A stretch of DNA of 64,000 bases from NCBI RefSeq assembly GCF_009914755.1, contig NC_060931.1; one strand, written 5' to 3'. The notes below the pieces were generated by a model that saw only the letters and a program-made list of their open reading frames with translations, was not told the DNA's origin and searched no databases. The stretch comes from the human T2T-CHM13v2.0 reference genome, Homo sapiens. Below, piece after piece: positions 54,180-64,000 of the stretch. Position 1 is the first letter of the stretch. Each line of letters starts with the position of its first letter. The position numbers and the translations under genes were made by a program.

Positions 54180-54760
54180 GCTGAGGTGGTGGGAGGAAGG
54201 TAAAACGTACCCCACTTGGCAGCCACTTCCAAAATTAAACATGGTTAACATCTGTCCCCGCTGTCCCAATTCCAGACATTTACCCAAGAAAAATGGGAAC
54301 GGAAGTCCACACAAGCACCTGTATACAAATGTTCACGGCAGCTTTGCTCATAAGAGCCCAACACTGGAAACAACCCAACTGCACATCAACAGGTGGACAG
54401 ATAAACAGATGTGGCCTGCGCATCGAAGGAATGCTACTCGTCAGCGAAATGGACCCACCGGGGACAGGCGCGGCAACAGGGTGAACCTCACAAAACATGC
54501 AGCTGCGGGGACACAGCTAGATGTGAGCACGTGCAAAGTACTGGAGCCTCTTCAGCAGCTCCAGAGCAGGGAACCCACCTCACCAGCGACACAGCGGCGA
54601 CGAGGGCCGGGTCTGGGAGGGCGTGGGCCAGGGAGGGGCGACGGAGGCGGTCTCCCTTGCCGGGGTGCTGGTGACACAGCGGCTGCACCTGTCAGAACAC
54701 GCCAGGGTGGAGACAGGAGATCTGTGTGCTTCCCGAGTACAGATCACGGCTCAGCATCTC
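54180..54760 (+). mobile_element. Diverged L1M 3' remnant
   Basis: atttacccaagaaaaatgggaac...tgtatacaaatgttcacggcagctttgctcataagagccca...ctggaaacaacccaa. Confidence 0.7.
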
Positions 54761-55420
54761 ATGGGAAAGGGACAGGGCTCTCTTCAGGACACGCAGTAAG
54801 ATTTCAAGTGCGGGCACTTTTAATACTCCGCGATCCAAAGGCAGCTCCAGGGCCAGCCGCGGTTTCCGGCCTCAAGGGCAGGCTGGGTTCTGGAGCTCCC
54901 TCCAGTGGCCGTCGGGGTGCCGTCACTTTCAGGGCCCCACCAGGAGAGCAGGGGCCCCGCCGAGGACCAGAGCGCCTGGACCAGAGGGAGCCCTGCGCGG
55001 CCGGCACGGATGCCTCTCAATAGGCGGCATGGGGCCGACACGACTCGGTGAGTTCCCGCCACGGCTTTCGCCGGCAGCCGGCGGCTGGAGGACAAGGAGA
55101 ATGCGCCGGTTCTGTTCCTGGACAAGCTCCATGGCGCTGCGGGGTCCCGGCCCAGAAAGCCCACCCTCCCCCAGAATTTCCCCAGGCCCACAGAAGGGGA
55201 CCGGAATGGGAAAAATACCGACAAACGCAGCAACGGTGCGGCCGTAGGTGTCTGCGCATCCGGCGGGGCTCCTACGGGACCCCCACGCCGCCTGGACGCC
55301 GCCTAGCAGATTTGGGGCCAGGCTAATTGGGGCCCATCGTGGCCCACAGATGCCAGCTCCGGGCCATGCTGAGGGACAGGGGAGCGGAGGATACTGCCTG
55401 TTTCCCGGCGGGGGGCCCTG
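54580..55420. promoter_or_regulatory. CpG-rich region (CpG-island-like)
   Basis: Elevated CpG density without tandem structure. Confidence 0.55.
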
Positions 55421-55732
55421 CTCAACAGCCTTTCCCTTCCCTACAAACTGTCCCAGGATCCCGGGCCATTCCTTCCAGTAAGTTGGGAAGTCCAGGACCA
55501 GACCTCAACGTGGAAAAAGCTGGAGGAGAGAAGGGGGGACGAGGGGTTCTACCTGCCCTCTACCTACCTGCCCTCCTACCTGTCTGTCCACGGGATGCCC
55601 AGAGGCTCCCAGACCACCAGCCCCAGACCCTTGGTACTGCGTCCCCAGCTGTCTGCCAGGGGCCTGCTGGGGAGGCCGATGCCCATCCCTAAGCCTGAGC
55701 CTCCAGCCCGGCACGAGGGAAGGCCCCACATG

Positions 55733-56918
55733 CCCCAAAGGAGAGGGTTCGGGGCACAATCTTCACAAAGGCTGGAGTGCACCCCAGAGGTGAGGGTTTG
55801 GGGCACAGTCTGTTGGCGGAGGCAGGAGTACACCCCAGAGGTGAGGGTTTGGGGCACAGTCTGTTGGCGGAGGCTGGAGTGCACCCAGAGGTGAGGGTTT
55901 GGGGCACAGTCTGTTGGCGGAGGCTGGAGTGCACCCAGAGGTGAGGGTTTGGGGCACAGTCTGTTGGCGGAGGCTGGAGTACACCCCAGAGGTGAGGATT
56001 TGGGGCAGTCTATTGGCAGAAGCTGGAGTACATCCCAGAGGTGAGGGTTTGGGGCACAGTCTGTTGGCGGAGGCAGGAGTACACCCCAGAGGTGTGGGTT
56101 TGGGGCACAGTCTGTTGGTGGAGGCTGGAGTGCACCCAGAGGTGAGGGTTTGGGGCACAATCTTCACACAGGCTGGAGTGCACCCCAGAAGTGAGGGTTT
56201 GGGGCACAGTCTGTTGGTGGAGGCTGGAGTACACCCAGAGGTGCGGGTTTGGGGCACAGTCTGTTGGAGGCTGGAATACACCCAGAGGTGAGGGTTTGGG
56301 GCACAGTTTTCACACAGGCTGCAGTGCACCCCAGAGGTGAGGGTTTGGGGCACAGTCTTCACACAGGCTGGAGTGCACCCCAGAGGTGAGGGTTTGGGGC
56401 ACAGTCTGTTGGTGGAGGCTGGAGTACATCCAGAGGTGCGGGTTTGGGGCACAGTCTGTTGGAGGCTGGAATACACCCAGAGGTGAGGGTTTGGGGCACA
56501 GTCTTCACACAGGCTGCAGTGCACCCCAGAGGTGAGGGTTTGGGGCACAGTCTTCACACAGGCTGGAGTGCACCCCAGAGGTGAGGGTTTGGGGCACAGT
56601 CTGTTGGTGGAGGCTGGAGTACATCCAGAGGTGCGGGTTTGGGGCACAGTCTGTTGGAGGCTGGAATACACCCAGAGGTGAGGGTTTGGGGCACAGTCTT
56701 CACACAGGCTGGAGTGCATCCCAGAGGTGAGGGTTTGGGGCACAGTCTTCACACAGGCTGGAGTGCACCCCAGAGGTGAGGGTTTGGGGCACAGTCTTCA
56801 CACAGGCTGGAGTGCACCCCAGAGGTGAGGGTTTGGGGCACAGTCTTCACACAGGCTGGAGTGCACCCCAGAGGTGAGGGTTTGGGGCACAGTTTTCACA
56901 CAGGCTGGAGTGCACACC
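55733..56918. repeat. ~47-51-bp VNTR, ~24 copies, two unit variants
   Basis: cacccc(a)gaggtgagggtttggggcacagtc[tgttggcggag|ttcacaca]ggctggagt. Confidence 0.96.
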
Positions 56919-57476
56919 AGGGAGGCTTCCCGCCTCTGGCAGAATCACCGCCATGCTCAGTCACAAACCCAGAGCTGCGTTTGGACGCTGCAGCACACGC
57001 TGCGGCCCCAGCAACGGTCCTGCGCACCAGGCTCCTCTCCCAGTAAGGTCCGCTTCTCTGTGGAGCTCAGGGGTCCCTGCAGTGCCCACCTTAGCAGAGG
57101 GCAAAGCCTTGAGACACGGATGCTTTGTCCTCAGGTCTCCACTGGCTCCTCAGAACAGGGCCCCTCAGCGCTGCAGTGTGTCACATGTCCCCAGTTTCCC
57201 CTCGTGGTGCTCACGCCACACCCCTGGCACGGAGGCTGGAACCCAGGTGTCAGTCCTGGCTCTGACCATGACCTTGGACAAACCACCCCTCAGACCTAGA
57301 GCCCTCATGCACATCCCCATGGTCACTGCCACCCGGCAGGGAGCAGGACAGCCCCGGGGGTCTGTGACTGTCCCCGGGACATCAGTCTGAGAAACAGCGC
57401 TGAGTTGGACGCTGCCTGGTGTGGACACTCGCCCTCCACAGTCACACAAACTCGGCTTTGCAAAATCAGTTCTCAG

Positions 57477-58013
57477 TGAAGGAAATAATGTACACAGTGG
57501 TCCACTTCCAAGACACAGTGTCTTGCTTGCTTAGGTCAGCAAGCTACAGAAGACCAGGCCCCTGCCTGGGTTGCCGATGCCTGCTTGTCGGCCTCCCCAT
57601 CCCCAGTCTTCCCCCCAACGCTTAGTTGCCTTCACCTGACCCAAAAACTTTTAGTCTATGACGAAAGTTTTACTCGTCTGCAACATAGCTTGTTTTGTCT
57701 GTTCTTATCAGTCTGCCCAGCTACTTAGGTCATAAGTCAAATACCTGAAAAGCCCCTGAGCTGACTAGGATTGCAACGCATTGTGGGCTGCAACAAAATG
57801 CAGCAGGACAACCCTAAAAAAACACCTACAGCCCCTGCCCGACAACCAATAGGTGATGTCCGGGAAGACTGTGACCCCAGAGTACTCAGCCTGTGAGGAA
57901 CCGGGGGAGGGGCCTGCGTACTGGGGGATAAATGGCTTGTTGTGACCGTGCTGGGTGTGCCTGCCCACCAGACACCCGATCTTGCAAGACCGTCATTAAA
58001 AGTCTCACGTTTA
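57477..58013 (+). mobile_element. ERV solo LTR, 3' part missing (family not firmly identified)
   Basis: Starts with TG (tgaaggaaataatg); CCAAT, TATA-like gataaat and ATTAAA at 57995-58000; cut by an Alu. Confidence 0.65.
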
Positions 58014-59423
<1,410 letters not shown>

Positions 59424-60002
59424 ACACATGCACGCACATACGCACACGGGCACACGAATGCACGCGCACACATGCACACATGCATACACATACACCACGT
59501 GCACAGGGACACACGCACACACGTGCACACACGCAAACACGCACACACGGACACGCACACACATGCACACATGCATGCACACACGCACACAACACGCACA
59601 CGGACACACATGCACACACATGCACGCACATACGCACACGTGCACGATACACATGCACACGCGAGCACATGAACACGCACACGCGCACACATGCACGCAC
59701 ATATGCACACAACGCACGCAGACATACACATGCACACGCACGCACACGGACACGCACGTGCACACATGCACACACATCCACACGTGCACACATATACACA
59801 CAACGCGTGCACACGGACATGCACACGGGTGCGCACACGTGCACATGCACACACGTGCACACACATGCACGCACACACACAGCACGCACAGACACGCACA
59901 CATGCACACACACACAGCACAGACACGCACACGGGCACATGCACACGGGCACACACACACGTGCACACGCACATGCACACACATGCACACACATGTACAT
60001 GC
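59424..60002. repeat. Alternating purine-pyrimidine (CA/CG/TG) low-complexity tract
   Basis: acacatgcacgcacatacgcacacg... for ~580 bp. Confidence 0.95.
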
Positions 60003-61602
60003 AGCCCCGAGGCAGTGCCACCGGAGCCAGCCTCATGGAGTAGCCTCCTCCAGGGTAACAGGAGCCATGGGGGGGCCATGAGACTGGATTCCACTCATAG
60101 AGGCCCCGCACGCGGCTGTTCAAGCAAAGCCACACTGACATTTCTGGTATCAAATTTAAGTCAATCTTTTAATGACCCTCCCGCACGTCAGCAGCAGATC
60201 AGGTGCAATGGCAAGAAAAGCAAGCGAGAAACAGCTGTACAACAACATAGGCTTAAAAATTCTTTTTGAAAGAAACTTTAATAAACGATGCATTGGTGAG
60301 TGGTGAAACCGGAAGGTGCTGTGGCCCCGGGCTCTGTGGCACTAGCACTGGTAGTCTCAGGTGCGCTGAGAGGACCAGAGCTCCTTGGAGAAAAGCTGAT
60401 GTGAGGTGGGCCTGGGCACTGGTGGGGGCAGCTGGGGGGCTCCCACTGGCCACACAATACATTAAAAACCACAAAAACTGATGAGTCCACAGCGACACTC
60501 CAAAAAGCAGGCAGGAGAGGGAGGAAAGGGGAGAGGGAGGAGAAGTACCACTGTGAGTCTTCATAGAAGCCACTGTTTCCACAGACCCTGGGCAGGAACA
60601 GGTTCAGGAGACGCAAAGGCACCGGGTGGGAGGGGTCAGGAGGGCACCGTCGCCACAGGACGCATTGCCAGGGAAGTCCTATGATGCACGCCCACCTCAG
60701 TCAAGTGACCACATTCGGTGTCACCAGCATGGGACAAGGTGGAATGGCATGCCTGCGGGCGACACCACATACAACAGGCAGCCTTGCCCCTGTGGGACTC
60801 ACCCACCTGAGCGGAGCCAGCCTAGGACACCTTAGAAGGAGGGCTTCGGCACCCAAGACTGCACCCCCAGGCCCAGGCCGCACGGCCGCAGCACAGGCTC
60901 TGCACCTGGTCGGCACACGTGGGGAGGCTGCAGGACAGAGCCAAGCAGCTCCGGGCAAGTGGCACCCAACAGTCACCCAGCCACACAGGGGAAGAGCGGG
61001 GAGGGGCCCAGCGCTCAGGATGGAAGAGCCCTGGGCAAGGCATCCATAGACACCTTAGACTCTGGCCTAAGCGGGGATCCAAGATGGCCTTCCGATACCC
61101 AGACCCTCCCATGCACACAGAGTGCCCCCACCTCCCCATGGTCCTGGAGCCGTAAGCATCCTGGCTGCCCACGGTCAGCACACACTGACCCGCCCACGGT
61201 GCCTCTGCTGCCCTTCTTCTCTCGCCACTCCCCATCTGCAGCCCGTGTGCTGAGGAGGGCACGGAAAACGTCCAAAGCACGCACGACTGCAGCGAAGCTC
61301 ATGAATGCCCCTGCACACACGCAGTGGGGCAGACACCGGTTGGCCCTGCCAGGCCCTGCACACTCACGGGACCACGACTGCTCCTCGGATTTCCAGGGTC
61401 AAATGGGGTCCAGTCAAGGAAGGGCTGTGCGTTCTGCTTCTGCGCTTAGGCATATGATTAAACACATTTCATAATTAGATATGATCATTGCATCTGAGAC
61501 ACAGAGCTTTCCAAAACGGTCTGTGGGCTGAAGTTACTGCTTCCCTAAACGTCTGAGGGGCAACACCAGTGCCGCCAGCTAGGCCTGCAGCCCTCCTTGT
61601 AG

Positions 61603-61917
<315 letters not shown>

Positions 61918-62594
61918 TAATCGTTACAGGACTGACAGAGCCTTCAAAAGTTCTTCTTGGGTCAGTATGGTAATCTGTATCTTAAAACAATGTGCCCAGT
62001 ATTGGCATAAAGTTGTTACAACGTTCCCTTACTGTCATTCTGTTGTCTCTAGAAGGATCTGAAAATGTCCTAGGCCCACCGACCAAAACCAGGTCCTGAA
62101 AACCAGGACTGGCAGCAGGAGAGGAAGGCGCTCCTCTGGCCTCTTTCTCACCCACTCTGCAGCTTCACACACAGGAACACCTTACACCCTCCTTCGGTGT
62201 GAATTTCAAAATACATACAATGACCAGAGGGCAGCGGAAGGGAAGGGCAGAGAGCTTTCAAGCAACACTGCCCTCCCTCCTCACCTCCTCACCGCATTCC
62301 ACTCCCGTTTCGGAGACAAGTGGCCGGCAGCTACTCCCCGCGCAGGCAGCTCCTCCGGCGCCCCAGCTGAGCTCCCGCCGCCCCTCAGGCTCTGCTTCCC
62401 ACCCCCTAATCCCGCTGGAATCTGCCACAGCATCGACCTGCTGCTCCTCAACATCGTAGAGCTTTCTTACTTTCTCACAACTCCTTGAGACACTTTTTTT
62501 ACTGTGGTTTCCTTCCCCAGCCCATATTTGGTTCTCATGAAAACAGAAGCTCCGTGGAGAAAGCGAAGAAAGTCCTTGAAAGTCGCCTGTTCAA

Positions 62595-63280
62595 AGCCGC
62601 CACTGCCGTGATGCCCCCTGACTCCGCACCCCGCCGCCGTGACGCCCCCCACGACCCCGCACCCTGCTGCAGTGACGCCCCCGACCCCTCACCCCGCTGC
62701 CGTCACACACCCCGACCCCGCTGCCGTCACTCCCCACGACCCCCCACCCCGCTGCCGTCACGCTCCGTGACCCCCGACCCCGACACCCTGCTGCCGTGAT
62801 GTTCCCCCAACCCTGCACCCCGCTGCCGTGACGCCCGCCCCGACCCCGCACCCCGCTGCTGTCACGCCCCCGACCCCGCACCCCGCCGCCGTCACGCCCG
62901 ACCCCTCACCCCGCTACTGTGACGCCCCCCGACCCCTCACCCCGCTGCCGTCACACACCCCGACCCCGCTGCCGTCACTCCCAACCCCCCACCCCGCTGC
63001 CGTCACGCTCCGTGACCCCCGACCCCGACACCCTGCTGCCGTGATGTTCCCCCAACCCTGCACCCCGCTGCCGTGACGCCCGCCCCGACCCCGCACCCCG
63101 CTGCCGTCACGCCCCCGACCCCGCACCCCGCCGCCGTCACGCCCGACCTCTCACCCCGCTACTGTGACGCCCCCCGACCCCGCACCCCGCCGCCGTCACT
63201 CCCCCGACCCCGCACCCCGCTGCCGTGACACCCCCCGGCCCCCATCCCGCTGCCATCACGCCTCCCGGCCCCCGCACCCT
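62595..63280. repeat. CpG-rich ~25-30-bp minisatellite with a higher-order ~245-bp duplication
   Basis: ccccgctgccgtcacgcccccgaccccgca units; marker block cgctccgtgacccccgaccccgacaccctgctgccgtgatgttcc at 62761 and 63006. Confidence 0.9.
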
Positions 63281-64000
63281 TGTCTGTGTCCCACAGCACA
63301 GGACCTGTCAGCGAGCGTCTGGCGCCTTCCTCCCTCCCCTGCAGAGACCCGCCAGGCCCCTCCAACAGGTGCTTTCTAAACTGCAATTTCCTCATCTACA
63401 AAAGGACAATCACAACAACGGAACCCAGGGGACAGGACTGCATCAACTACAACCAGACGGCGTAGACGGCAGCACACGGCCCTCGGCAAATCAGAGGTGC
63501 TCAGTGACCACAGCCACCATGACAGCAGGGCGGGGCGGGGGGCAAGGAAGCAGCGCTGGGAGACTTGGAGACACCCCAAAAAACGCCTTCCTCAGAAACA
63601 CTGCTGTGCAAGAACCTGCAAATCCCTAAGGCGTCTGTGTCCGATGGCCCCGGCCCCATGCTCTGAGGTCGCGCAGGTGTCCAAGGCCAGGAGGGGCACC
63701 GAGGAGACGAAGAAGAAACAGCACAGCAGCTGGGGAGGTGAGGCCCGCGCCTGGGATGTCATGCAGCCTGCCGAGCAGCCGCTCGAGGGACCCGCCCATG
63801 TGTCATCAGCTCTGGCCTTCCTCCTCTCACAGATCAGAGAGCAGAGGGCAAGGTGGGCAGAGCCCAGGGTGGGTGCAGGGCTGAGCGCAGGACAGACGTC
63901 CCTCCAGCCTGGTGGCTGCCCCGTGTGGTGAGCGGGAGGACGTGTGAGCTGGGGGGCTCCTCCTTGTGACTGCAGATGTGTGGGCCATGGGAGGGCGCAG

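Overview
GC-rich human/primate genomic DNA. It is recognisable as the 7p22.3 subtelomeric locus where GPR146 (+ strand, single coding exon, CDS 46510-47511) and MIR339 (- strand, 11929-12022) lie inside a large intron of C7orf50/CHLSN. The host assignment is from prior knowledge; no host exon was recognised in the window. GPR146 is the only credible protein-coding ORF, and the other long ORFs are artefacts of stop-free tandem repeats and SVA VNTRs. The window also holds three CpG-rich regions, more than 15 mini/microsatellites, many Alus, nested L1 fragments, a truncated ERV LTR and two SVA_F-type elements. Main observations: (1) target-site duplications show that the 25.7-29.2 kb SVA insertion carries a ~610-bp 5' transduction starting with a foreign, apparently spliced first exon (recalled as WDR33 exon 1); (2) the second SVA has an intact 5' end but lacks its whole 3' half and is fused to a ~580-bp alternating purine/pyrimidine tract, implying a deletion; (3) the two SVAs are direct repeats flanking the entire GPR146 gene, a potential NAHR substrate; (4) GPR146 lacks several class-A GPCR microswitch residues and has a candidate GATA-associated alternative first exon with a uORF.
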